Of a stretch of DNA of 64,000 nt, positions 51,111-64,000 are shown one piece after another. The translations under genes were made by a program, and so were the position numbers. The notes below the pieces were generated by a model. It worked only from the letters and a program-made list of their open reading frames with translations, ran no database searches and was not told the DNA's origin. Position 1 is the first letter of the stretch. The number at the start of each line of letters is the position of its first letter. This DNA is from the human T2T-CHM13v2.0 reference genome, Homo sapiens, in NCBI RefSeq assembly GCF_009914755.1, contig NC_060929.1; one strand, written 5' to 3'.

Positions 51111-54100
51111 CTCAGTATTCTTAATCTGTGTTCTTGCAAAGGAGATGAAATATTTTATCTGAAAAAGCCCTCATATTTCATGCAAAAATGCCTTGCAAAT
51201 ACCTGGTAGTCACCAGGTTTTCTGAGTATATATTAACTTGTCCGGCTTCTAAAATTGCCAGAGCTACTTTTGCAACTGCTTCTAAGTCTTTGCATACTTT
51301 AATGCTTAAAAACAAATTTAATAGCAGGTTTTACACTTGGTTTTAGAATGTAATTATGAACACATTGTCAGTATTACCAACTTGATATGTTTCCTTTTTT
51401 AAAAAATAAATGCTTCCTTAAAAGAAATACTTCCATTTATTTTACAGAATACAGTTGAATTAAATAATACATTTTTGCATTTAAGCAGAAACACTGGAAC
51501 CCCTTAAACTCTTAAAGCAAAGGATATGCGTATAGTGTAAAGCGTTATGCATTTTGAGTATTGCTGAAATCAAATTAGGAAGGAGGGATTTGTGATAGTT
51601 ATACATTGATAATTATAACTTGATTGATAGTAGAAGAAAACACAAAACATTTGAATGCAAATAATTTAGTATATATAGCTATTAAAGATGTTTGCTTCTC
51701 AAACACAGTGAAAACAATGCATAGTGTAGAAGCATTCTGTACGTAACAAATACTTTAAGTTCTCACTTTCTTCAAGAGAAATAAGCTGTGGCTGTGTTAT
51801 ATACATGCTAACGGCAGCCATTTAATCTGTGGAAATCCTCTAATGGTGGTTAGAATTCTTATATGATAATTTGGGATATATGGAGAGCACTGTCAAGTGA
51901 AAGTGGTAGGTAATGGGAAAAGAGCATCAGGAGTATTGGCCAGTCATGGCCAGGAGTTGGTAAACTAGGTGTAATTTTACCACCATTTGGCACTTTTTCT
52001 TATAAACAAATTCTAAATGGTGGTTAAGCTTCCCAGGCCAGTGCTTACAATTGTAGTATGTAGCACCAAACCCAAGCATTCTCTACAGTAATGTACCCAA
52101 AGAGGGGGAAGGTTCATTTGTGATATCAGGGATTCATCCCCTGCTAGCCTACCATGACATTGAAAAGTAATCATAACCTTAAAAACTAATAGCTCAGATA
52201 TTAAAAAAAAAAATTAGATGTCTTTTTCAAAAATCTCCAAGCAAGTGCACAACTCTCCAACATTTGTATGAAACCTACATCACAAGGTGATTTGTCATAA
52301 CAATAAAAGGAGTTCTTCTTACTGTTATCCTCACTTCAAGTCATGATATATAATAGCTTCTAAAATCCCTGAGCTTGGTAAGGCAACTAGTAATTTGCAT
52401 GTCTTGTTTTTGTTTCTATTTATGTTAATACCAAAAAGTTTGAAAGTTAATAAAAAATCAGAGCCTGCTTTAGAAAATACAGGCAACTTGGGGTAAAATA
52501 AATAATAATTACATGTTGCAACAAAAGATAATCTTGCATTATTATTTATTTTCTTTATCTGTTATTTAAAAAGATTCCCATCTTTTTTCTGATTCAAAAG
52601 GAAAACTCCTGGAACTATTAATATAAGAAACATAACAACAACAATAACTAAATACTGAAGTTAGAAAAATTAATTTGCCTGTGGTCACCTAGCTAGGAGG
52701 TAGAGAAGCAAACCTTAAGCAGTGTGGTTCCAGAGCCCACCTTCTTACCTTCTCCCCTCTGCTAGTGGAATACAAACCTCTGCAAATTTCACTTACTCCT
52801 TCTTCTTATCTCCCTGACACCAGGCTAAGAACACAGAAATGTTTGCCTGCAGTATGTATAGTTTATAGAACTTTATCTTATGAACTGAACTCTAAGTGGT
52901 GGTGAAGTTCCCCTGAGATTCAGCTATAAACATTTCCATTAAAAATGTTTATATTAAATAGAAAAAGCATGTATTACTACTTTCAAGCTTTGGGAATACA
53001 TTAATTTGCATTTTTGCAATATGCTACTTACCTTAGGCTTGCTACATCCAATATAAAACCACAGAGACTGACTAACTCAACCTAAAACAAGCATCCCTAG
53101 CTGTAGGAAAGTTGCTATGTAGGAAAGTTGCCACATGGGGATAAAATTACACCTCTATTTTTTAAATCTTTCTTAAGGATTTACTATCCATGTAAGACAT
53201 GTTTATATTCTCTAAATGTTCAGTTCTTTGCCCTACTGATTGCTTTAAGACGTAATTTGGTTTCTTGCCACTGCTCTATCTTTAGGCATATTATCTTTTT
53301 TTGACTATAGTTCAGTCAGAACATGTTTTCATGTAGTTCCTATAGCTCAGATATGGTACTACAAAATAGAGTGTGAAATTTGGACTAGCAGGACTGCCTT
53401 TACCTCTATGGTATCTGATAGCATTTGGTATCTAATTCTTTTGCCAGTGGACCATCTAATTTCTGTTATTTTGGTTAGTGAGTTTGAGTGGACCTAATGG
53501 TATAATTTGAAAAACAAACAAAACATATTCTCAGTCTTTATCAACCATTATATTTAAAATGGAGAGCTTGCCAGTTTAATAGGTCTTTATGGTTATTTAA
53601 AATTTTATATAATTACTGTGACTGCATTGGAGATTAAAGTGGACCAAACTCAATTGTCTCCAAGAGATTATCATCATTGAAGATGGAGTAAGAGTAGGTT
53701 ATTTAGTAACGTATATGAAACTCCCAAAAATCAGATGCTGTGATAGTCACTTGGGATACAAGATAAAGAGAATTTTCTGATGTCAAATAATCCACACTTT
53801 AGTTGGGAGATATAATGTGTGATAAATGCTTTGATGCTAACAAAACAAGAATAACATGTTCTTCATATTGCAGAAACAGAACTTCCTGAGAAGATGAGGC
53901 CTGAACTATCTTAGAGCCTCAGTTCCCCTAAATGCAGAATCTGAGGCAGAAGGCATATGTGTTGTTATACTTCACTTCTCTCATTTTATAGGTAGGGAAA
54001 TTCGGACACAGAAGTTAATTTTTCTAAGTTTACTCAGGAGTGACAGGACTTGGAATAAAATTGTTTCATGGAATTGCTTCAATAAGGGTAAGGATAATGT

Positions 54101-55502
54101 GAGAAATAATTTCTCATAGCAATTGCTTAAAAGTGCTGCTGGCAATATAAAATGAAACAAAAAAAGGACCAGACCTCTCAATGTCATTTTGGCTGTAAGC
54201 TAAGAAACTAGAATTTCTTGTTTTCTATATTATTTAGGTTCATTACATTTATTATTAATTATCTGCAGGAAATTTTTACCAAATTATATTCACAAATTGT
54301 GTTTGTTTCCAAAGAAATCTTTCTCTAGAATCTATAGAGTGTACTCGATAATCAAACAGATGCCTACTTAGGAGGTAAGTTGGCTTGGGCATGATTGCTT
54401 TAGTTAAGTTTCTAATTTACTAAGGACTGATTTGGGTCTATAAACATAAGTGAGTTTCTTTTAGATTTGAGTAAGACTGTTACGACCCTTGCCATGATAT
54501 GAATTTTTCAAAATCATGATTTATTGAATAATTCCTAGTGATTATTAAGCACGTATCACAGTTATAAAAGTTTCGCTAAATACACTTGTCTTAGAGTCTT
54601 GTTGAGAGATTTTTAATGGCTTTTCCTAGCTCCTTTTTAAAAAAAGTGGGGCATTTAGAAACTGTAGTACTCTTCCAGGTGAGTGAATTTGTTAGTATTT
54701 ATTAAATTCATATGATTATAGTAACTCTGAGAATTATGGAGTAGGGGAAAAATTGAACTCAGGGGAGGGCCTCTCAGCTTGGGGCATTTCTTGTTTAATC
54801 AAATTGTCTAGTGTAAGTGTATAATCTTGACTGAACCAAGCAGAGCTATTGAAGAGTATTTTAATTACATTTTATAGAGCAGCACAATATTTATTCTTTT
54901 TCTTCTGAGGAAATATAGTTTTGAACATAAATTTCTTTATTGCATTTTCTTCCAACAACTTGGTCTTTGGATTTAGATTTGGATTTGAATCCTGACCATG
55001 TCACTTATTATATGACTTTGGGCAAATTACTAAAACATCTCTAAGTCAGTATTCTCAGCAGTGAAAGAAAAGATACAGAACCCAAGTCATAAAGCTCTTC
55101 TGAGGATTACATGAAATAATTAAGAGTCTGGTATCATGCTAACCTAGATGAATTTTCTTTCTCTCTTTGAATCTGTAGCCTTCAATTTCCCATTGGCTTC
55201 CTTGATAGAACTATAAATGTGCATTTTCTTATAAATGTTTAATATATTCAAAATAATACCTTATATCTCATGAAAAAGTGTGAAGGAACTAATGGTGAAA
55301 ATCTGCTACTGTGTTATATAAAAATACTGGACTGGAAAGATTCTAATCATGTCTCTTGTCATCCTTTGTAATTTTGAAAAACTTAGAGGAAATTTAAGTC
55401 TAGTTTGTCATATTTCTTTTTGCTAACATAATTGAATTTGTCCAAATGGACAAAAGTGAAATTATTCTATGAGCCAGTCTTGAATAAGTTGTAGTGCCTG
55501 GA

Positions 55503-56050
55503 TCAGTACTGTCCAATAGAAATATAATTTCTGCCGCATATGCAATTTAAAATTTTCTAGTAGCCATATTAGAAAAAAAGGAAAAACCAAGTGAACTTAA
55601 TTGTAATACATTTTATTTTACTCCATATAAAGAATCTTATTTCAACACCTAATCAATATAAATGTTGCAGGAAGTCAGGGACCCCGACTGTTCATACGCC
55701 CCCTCCCCTTTTGAAATCCTTAATAAAAACCTGCTGGTTTTGAGGCTCAGGGGGGCATCACGGTCCTACCGATATGTGATGTCATCCCTGGTGGCCCAGC
55801 TGTTAAATTCCTCTCTTTATACTGTCTCTCTTTATTTCTAGCCGGCCGACACTTATGAAAAATAGAACTTACGTTGAAATATTGGGGGTGGGTTCCCCCG
55901 ATATATAAAAATTAGAGATATTTTACATTGTTTTGCTAAATCTTTGAAATTGAAAATCTAATGTATTTTATACTTTTAGCACATCTCAATTGGACTACAT
56001 TTTAAGAGCTACATGTGGCTGGTGGCTACCATATTTACAGGTAGCACAGG
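55503..56050. mobile_element. MER33-like hAT MITE interrupted by an LTR
   Basis: CAGTACTGTCCAATAGAAATATAAT...CTACATGTGGCTGGTGGCTACCATA. Confidence 0.8.
55663..55903 (+). mobile_element. MER11 (ERVK/HML-8) solo LTR, internally deleted
   Basis: 5' end TGTTGCAGGAAGTCAGGGACCCCGA, 3' end GTTGAAATATTGGGGGTGGGTTCCCCCGATA, 6-bp TSD TATAAA. Confidence 0.85.
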
Positions 56051-58514
56051 TGTATAGCACATCTATAAAATGCATTACTACAACAGTAGATGGCTTTTGC
56101 ACACTGTAGGATGTGTGTGATAAACGAATGTCATTTATTATTGCCGGTCTAAAGTTTGTCTCCAGTTCTTAGCAGTCACTTAATGGTGAGAATTTACCTG
56201 TCATTGCAATCTGTTCAATAAATGATTTCGCCAGTTTTCATTGCCCATTCCCAAGTATTTAAAAATTTCAAAGGCCTCAAATATATCTACTTCACATTAA
56301 TTATATCTGTAGGAATGACATGAAAAGGTTTGTATTTTGAAAAGCTGATTCTGGCTTATTATGAAGAATAGATTGGCATGGGGTCGGAGGATAGGGAGGG
56401 AAGACCAGTAAGGAGTTCATTGCCATTGACACATGAGAAATACTGGCAGATTGATCTCTGGGGTGGAGGAGGGATTTTTTTGTTTGTTTGTTTTTTGTTT
56501 TGCTTGTGTGCATTTTAAAGATGATCAAGACTTGAAATGTGAGGTATCTTGCTGGGAAGAAGCAGTTGAACATATGAGAGAAAAGGATAATTGACAGGGT
56601 GATCCTAAGAAAAGTTAGGAGGAGATTAAGCTTAGATATGAAGAAGATTTTCCCCCCTACCTTGGGGGAAAGGCTTCCTCCTTGCTTTTCCTTCCCTCCT
56701 CTTTTTTGCTTCCCTTTTCCTTTTTTTCCCCTAACCTCTAGACAATGTGGGAGGTAAGGAAAAAAAAAGCTGAGGCCCTTCTGATGATCTGCAGGACATT
56801 GTGAAAACTTCTGTAACACAAAGTCATTTCTCACCAGTTAAAATAACAGTAACCATATTTATTGGCTCTGTTTTTGCTTTGGTGACTCATTGGCAACTCT
56901 AGTAATTGCTGTTCCCCTCAGATGCTTTACCTGCTGCTCTCTGCTCCCTTTTCTGGCCACCTTCCTATAACTTAGCTTCTGTTTGTCACTCTTTCTACCA
57001 TGGCTGTTGTCAGCTTCTACTGCTGCTGTTATAGTTCCCAATTTTATGTCTCATATTCAGTCTCCTCAAAAATGGGAATAGGATTGGATTGATTAGCAGT
57101 TAGTCAGTACCGAGTTGCTTCTGTTGGGCCTGCCAGGTTTCCTCGTGTCCAATTCTAAAGATAGTTGCCTTTGGCACAGAGGCCAGTTTCTTATTCTTAG
57201 TTATGTAGCCAAGTTAATAGGGTCACGTGACACAAAGATTGGGCAAAGAACTGCTTCTGGTTGCTTTCCTTAGAACATATTTTAAGGAAACACAGGTGGG
57301 TATTTTTTGTCCTATTCATTACCTAATATTTGCTATACTTTTTACAATTCTCAGTTAGCCATAGGTGGAGAGCTTTTTTGCTTGATCCTTAACTTACTGT
57401 TGGTGGTAATGATGATAGCAGCCTCACCTGTCACTTATTTGAGTCTTTCCCATGTGTGGAAACTATATCAAGCACTTTACATGTAGTAACTCATGAATTA
57501 TATGATACATTTTACTGATGAAAAAACTGAGGTACAGTGAAATACGAAGTGACTTGTTCAAAGTTTATAGCTTCTTAGTAATGGAACTGGAATTTGAATA
57601 CAGGCAGCCAGCAATCCGTAGCATAACATTTCTGAACTATGGGTGACCATTGTGATTATCAAATTTCCCCTTAATTTTGAAGATGAGAAAATCGAGAGAG
57701 TTTGAGTGACTTGCCTGATGTCACAGTATTGGTCGTTACCAGGTGCTCAGTTTCTGATTCCTAGACTAGTGCTTTTTTCTGCTACAGAACAAGTACCCAG
57801 GACATAGAAGGTTTTGGATACTAATCATGAAACCCAAGCCTGTGTTAGCAGATATCATAGTAAGTGTATATATAATGTATAGCTGTACAATAATCATCCA
57901 TGTAGATTTTTATGTTATTAGACTACTATTTAGCTTAAAAATGACATATGTACAGAGAGAAATAAACAGGAGACTGAGCTTGATTAGTCATATAAGTTGA
58001 TTGAGTCAATCTCCTTATTTCCAGCAGGTGAAAGCACTGTCTCCCAGGTTGCATCTTTCAGGTTATGTGTGGCAGTGATTAAGAAATATCCAATACAATG
58101 CATGGTGTAGGAGAGCATTTGGAATACAGTGAAGGTTCATTCCTCTGGAGAATTTGGTAGAGAAACCTAGTATTGAAGATATAAACTAATTGTGCTAGAT
58201 GTAAACTTTTATTCTCTTGTTTGGAAAAACATTTGTTTTCATATCCATATTGATATTTTAGTGAAATATGAAGTAAACACTGTGAAGTAACACTGTAAAG
58301 TTAAGTGGCATTACTAGAGTATTGACAGAGTAGCCTTGGCTTAACTAATGATGTAAAGATATAACTCTAATGTTTATGCATAGTCAGATCCACATGATAT
58401 TTAAATTAAACTCTGAAGAATATCTTTACTTGCTACTTAGAAGTTAATAAAATACAGAAGCCAAGTATGATCCTCTAAGTCAACAAAATAAGACTATCTG
58501 AGAATCTTTTCCTT

Positions 58515-58652
58515 ATTAGAAATATAAATTCTCAGGCATCATCCCAGACCTACTGAATCAGAAACAAGGTACGTTCAGAGTGACGCTCAGCAATCTGGAT
58601 TTTACAAGCCCTCCAGGTGACCGCAATGCGTGCTGAAGTTTGAGAACCACAG
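58515..58652. mobile_element. MER5A
   Basis: CCCAGACCTACTGAATCAGAAAC...ACAAGCCCTCCAGGTGA...AAGTTTGAGAACCAC. Confidence 0.85.
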
Positions 58653-59529
58653 CCAAAGAAGAAACCAAATTATCAGTTGAAATAATTTTATTTTGATTAT
58701 GTTGGAGAAGAAGAATAACATTTTCCTGCCACAGTTTTGGAATTATTAATAAGGAATTAGGAATTGGAAAGTCCTAGTTTAATTTTTGTCTCAGACATGC
58801 ACTAATTGATCTTAAGGAAGTTTCCTGACCTTGTTTAAGGCCACAGCTTCTTTCTCTGAAAAATAGAATGATACAGTCTACCAGGAAAGATCATAGCAAA
58901 GATTGGAAATAAAAGTAAATGTAAAAGTAAATGCTGAATACTTAGTAGGCGTCAATATCATTTATCGTTACTTAATTCTTTTTCAGTTTTGTTGTCTTCT
59001 CCCAGGTTAGAGACTATGGCTTCCTCAACACTACAGTTGCTAAAGCTAATTTGAAACATTAATTATGTAATAATTCAGAGATATCAGTTCTTTACCTTCC
59101 TAAATCTAGTGTCATTCTTGGTATATTGTGTACATGCTTTAATGCTTTGTCATCTAATACTGCATTAGGAGAGTGAACTCAGTTCACTTGAGAAAATGAT
59201 CTTATCAAATTGCCTGTTAACTTCTAGCCAGGATTAAATTTCTAGAATCTAGAAGGAAACAAGTGCACTTTAGTCACTGTAGTTGAAAGTAGAAAATTGG
59301 AAGAATGATTTTAGTCTCTTTGGAACTAAGTTATACCTTATTTATTTATTGGCTTTTAAAAGTATTTAAGGTGAATTTTAGCACACTCAAGATAATTAGA
59401 TGTGTGTATTTGTAAAGTGAGAGTTGGACTCGTACTTCTGTGGCACTGAGAGAATGACGTTGATAGCGTGAATGTTGGCTAAGCAGGATTCATCTTTCTG
59501 ATCCTACATTCTATCTCCCTCCTTTTTTC

Positions 59530-60330
59530 TTTTTGAGTTAATTTTGTTTTGTAATTACGAAAACATTTCATGGTTCCAAAGTAGAGGCTATAAAACAATG
59601 TAAAATTAAGTCTAGCTTCGAAGTCTATCATTTTTATTAGTTTTTGGATTACTCTTCCTTTTAAAAAACATAAACACACATTCATTTTTATCTGCCTTTT
59701 GCACCAAAGCTTAACATTTGTTTACACTCCTCTGCACCTTGCTTTTTTCACTCAGCCCATAGCACTTTTATATCTCCTTATACCATTTTACAACTGCATA
59801 ATGATACTCAGCTGCATAGTACTTTATCATGTAGATTGTCATGGTTTATTCAGTCATCTTCTATTTATATATATTTAGGTTGCTTCCAGTCGATTAATTA
59901 GTGTGATGCTTCCATGTGGTTACAAATAGAATTTTGCTGATATTTCTTTGGAGTAGGTTCCTAGAAGTGAGACTGTGGGTCAAAGGATAAATGCAGATGT
60001 TATTTTGCTAGGTATTGCCAACTTGCCCTCCATAAAGGTTGTAACAGTCTTTATTCCCATTAGCAATGCATGAGAATGCCTGCTTCCTTACAGCTTTGTC
60101 AGTAGAGTATGTCAGACTTTTAGATTTTTTGCTAATTTGATAGGTGAGAAATGATTAAATCAGTGTAGTCTTAATGAGTGTTTCTTTTATGAATGAGATT
60201 AAACATCTTTTTATTTACACTTTTTGAACTATCTTTATGCTTATTTTTTTTCAAGAAGTATTTATTGGTTACTACTGCTGCTATTATCTTGAAGAATTAC
60301 TCTTTGGGTATTTCCCCACAGAGGTGGTAA
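59530..60330 (-). mobile_element. Old L1M 3' fragment
   Basis: GGTTCCTAGAAGTGAGACTGTGGGTCAAAGG, TTCCCATTAGCAATGCATGAGAATGCC. Confidence 0.65.
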
Positions 60331-60392
60331 CAATACTCGTTGAAGAAACAGAATATCACCAGGCATGTATGATTAAGAAGAAAAAAAGATCA

Positions 60393-60730
<338 letters not shown>

Positions 60731-61709
60731 CTGTTTCTTGTTTCAAAGAGTTCACAGTCTAATTGGGGGAAGAAAAGGCTTGCATGAAGATTATCATCGT
60801 TCAGGGAAATCGATGTTGATGGAGCTCTCATAAGTGCTGTGGGAACATTGAGCGTGGAGTGGAGAGACTTGGGTAGAGGGAAGGTATCAGAAAGATCATT
60901 GCTTAGCATATGAGGTAATATTTAGACTGAGCCTGTAAGGAAGAGGAAGAGATTGCTAGGCTGACCCTGCTGGGAAAACTATTCTAACTAGAGGAAGCAA
61001 CGCAAAGGAAGAGTATAACTGATATTTGAGGACTCACTGGTTACTGGTTTTGTAGATGATGGTGAGGGTAGGCATTGAGACTACAGCTGGACCATCTGGA
61101 TTTGATGAAAGTGCTTGTTGATCCTAAACTCACTTCTAAATTAGGTTAACTTTAGCAATGCTAAGTTGAAAATTTTGATTAAAATGACATCTTTCTATTT
61201 TCTCAATTTTCTCACTGACACATGCCTTCTCTCTTGATAATCTTCTTGCTGCTTACACTTTTGGGTAAATTTTGGAGGGGAACCCTGGGAAAGTAAGTGG
61301 AGTGATTTCATTCCCTCTTTCCCATTTTACTGTTGAGCAAGACTAAAGCCTTTATGTTTTGTCTGTGTCATACTTTTAATTTATCCTTACTACTTGCTTT
61401 ATGCCAAATTTGAGGCTCCTTATTCAGTAGCTTGTTTCATTTGGTTAAGGGAGAAAGATCTTTCTCATATGAATTTATAAGGCTGGAAAAATAGGCAGGC
61501 TAGATGGTTAGAAGCCTTGTATCTCATTTTAAGGAATTTGTGTTTTGTTTTATAGTTTGTGTAGAGCCTCTAAAAATCTGAAATGGATAAAGGACAGAGG
61601 AAAGAGGTTGGAGGAAGGGAATGGCAAGAATAGCTTTGCATTTTTGAGAGGTAAAGAATGGCTGTGTTGAGGAAGGTGAATTGGAGAAGGTACATGTAGA
61701 CTAAAGAGC

Positions 61710-61865
61710 AAAAGTCTCCAGACCAGCAGAAGCAGTATCACCTGAGAACCTTTTAGAAATACAGGTTTTCAGACCCCACCCCAGACCTACTGAATGAGAA
61801 ATTCTGGGGGTTGGGTGCAACACTCTGTGTCTTATTTGATTTTGATGCATACTAAAGTTTGAGAC
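61710..61865. mobile_element. MER5A
   Basis: GACCAGCAG...CCCACCCCAGACCTACTGAAT...CTAAAGTTTGAGA. Confidence 0.8.
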
Positions 61866-62069
61866 TAGAAATTCGAAGGTTAGCCTACATGACAGTTTGG
61901 AAAATGCTTTTCATGTGAATTATGTAGTTGACTTTTGTTGATGTTCATTATGCTGAGATGTTCATTATAAATGCTTTTCACATGAATTACATAGTTGATT
62001 TTGTTGAGATATTCATTATATATATATACTTTATACACACACATACATATACTACAATTTTGTGATTCA

Positions 62070-62427
62070 GGTTTTTAAAAAATTTCAGTAGGTTTTTGGG
62101 GAACAGGTGGTGTTTGGTTACATGAATAAGTTTCTCACTGGTGATTTCTGAGATTTTGGTGCACCTGTCACCCGAGCAGTGTACACTGCACCCATTATGT
62201 AGTCTTTTATCCGTCACCCAACTCCCACCCTTTCCTATGAGTCCCTGAAGTTCATTGTATCATTCTTATGCCTTTGTGTCCTCATAACTTAACTCCCACT
62301 TGTGAGAACATACAATGTTTGGTTTTCCAGTCCTCAGTTACTTCACTTAGAATAATATCTCCAATTCCATCCAGGTTGCTGCAAATGCCACTATTTCATT
62401 CCTTTTCATGGCTGAGTAGTATTCCAT

Positions 62428-62462
<35 letters not shown>

Positions 62463-64000
62463 CACATTTTCTGTATCCACTCGTTGATTGATGTGAATTT
62501 AGGCTGGTTCCATATTTTTGCAATTGCAAATTGTGCTGCTATAAACATGCCTGTGCAAATATCTTTTTCATATAATGACTTCTTTTCCTTTGGATTGATA
62601 TCCAGGAGTGGGATTGCTGGATCAAATGGTAGATCTGCTTTTAGTTCTTTAAGGAATTTCCACCCTGTTTTCCATAGTGTTTGTACTAGTTTACATTTTC
62701 ACCAACAGTGTAAAAGTGTTCCCTTTTTACCACATCCACACAAATATCTATTATTTTTTGATTATGGCTGTTTTTGCAGGAGTAAGTTGGTATCACATTG
62801 TGGTTTTGCTTTGCATTTCCCTGATAATGAGTGATGTTGAGCATTTTTCATATGTTTATGGGCCATTTGTACATCTTCTTTTAATAATTGTCTATTCATG
62901 TCCTTAGCCCACTTTTTGATGGGATTGTTTTTTTCATGCTGATTTGTTTGAGTTCCTTGTAGACTCTGGGTATTAGTCCTTTGTCAAATGTATAGATTGT
63001 GAAGATTTTCTCCTACCCTATGTGTTGTCTGTTTGCTGATTATTTCTTTTGCTGTGCACAAGCTTTTTAGTTTAATTAAGTCCCATCTATTATCCTTTTT
63101 TGTTGTTGTGTTTGCTTTTGGGTTCTTGGTCATAAAGTCTTTCCTTAAGCCAGTGTCAAGAAAGATTTTTCCAATGTTATGTTCTAGAAATTTTATGGTT
63201 TCAGGTCTTAGATTTAGGTCTTTGATCCATCTTGAGTTGATTTTTGTATAAGGTGAGAGATGAGGATCCGGTTTCATTCTTCTACATGTGGCTTGCCAAT
63301 GATCCCAGCACCATTTGTTGAATAGGGTGTCCTTTCTCCACATTATGTTTTTGTTTGCATTATGGAAGATCAGCTGACGGTAAGTATTTGGGTTTATTTC
63401 TGGGTTCTCTATTCCATTCCATTGGTCTGTGTGCCTGTTTTTATACCAGTACCATGCTCTTTTGGTGACTATGGCCTTATGGTATAGTTTGAAGTCTGGT
63501 AATGTAATGCCTCCAGTTTTGTCCTTTTTACTTAGTCTTGCTTTGGCTATGTGGGCTCCTTTTTGGTTCCATATGAATTTCAGGATTGTTTTTCTAGTTC
63601 TGTGAAGAATGATGATGGTATTTTGATGTTAATTGCATTGAATTTGTAGATTGCTTTTGGCAGTATGGTCATTTTCACAATATTGATTCTACCCATCCAT
63701 GAGCATGGGATGTGTTTTCATTTGTTTGTGTCATCTATGATTTCTTTCAGCAGTGTTCTGTACTTTTCCTTGTAGAGGTCTTTCACCTCTTTGGTTAGGT
63801 ATATTCCCAAGTTTTTTTTTTTTTTTTTTTTGCAGCTATTTTAAAAGGGGTGGAGTTCTTGATTTGATTCTTAGATTGGTTGCTTTTGGTATATAGTATG
63901 GCTGCTGATTTGTGTACATTAATGTTGTACACAAATGTTTTAGTTTCCTGAAACTTTGCTGAATTCATTTACCAGTTCTAGGAGCTTTTTGGATGAATCT
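62070..64000 (-). mobile_element. L1 (L1PB-like) 3' UTR and degenerate ORF2 C-terminus, runs off the window
   Basis: ORF 62984..63343 reads [38 protein letters not shown] (L1 ORF2p); 3' end GGGGAACAGGTGGTGTTTGGTTACATGA; embedded (TG)n at 62429-62461. Confidence 0.93.

Noticed and set aside
53103-53131. Small tandem duplication GTAGGAAAGTTGC x2 (also near 58270 and 58910)
   Set aside because: Ordinary slippage duplications
59172-59188. AGTGAACT-C-AGTTCACT everted nuclear-receptor-like half sites
   Set aside because: Non-canonical 1-nt spacing, 8-bp arms near chance expectation, no supporting context
62268-63343. ORFs of 188 and 119 aa
   Set aside because: Fragments of a decayed L1; no intact ORF2

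Overview
Primate (very probably human) genomic DNA, AT-rich and dominated by interspersed repeats (about 30 Alus plus L1, L2, MaLR/ERVL/ERVK LTRs and MER DNA transposons). The only protein-coding sequence I can support is exon 1 of SCAMP1 (ATG at 40321, MSDFDSNPFADPDLNNPFK, GT donor at 40378) in a CpG island at about 39.5-40.9 kb. The rest of the window downstream is intron 1; upstream is intergenic or divergent lncRNA territory. Almost all ORFs in the supplied track are Alu, L1, microsatellite or GC-rich artefacts. The most unusual structure is at 7732-8541: a 133-bp near-identical copy of a downstream segment is bracketed by 71-bp inverted repeats at the broken end of an L2. This looks like a templated-insertion (template-switch) scar, and it duplicates an AP-1/CNC-sMaf motif around a palindromic NF-kB site. 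Other oddities are a 180-bp dispersed duplication ending in a fold-back (24-1734), a heavily deleted MER11 solo LTR with intact ends and TSD (55663-55903), closely spaced inverted Alu pairs, and an intronic CLEAR box. I found no evidence for a new multi-gene system. Repeat subfamily names are recognised by eye and boundaries are approximate.
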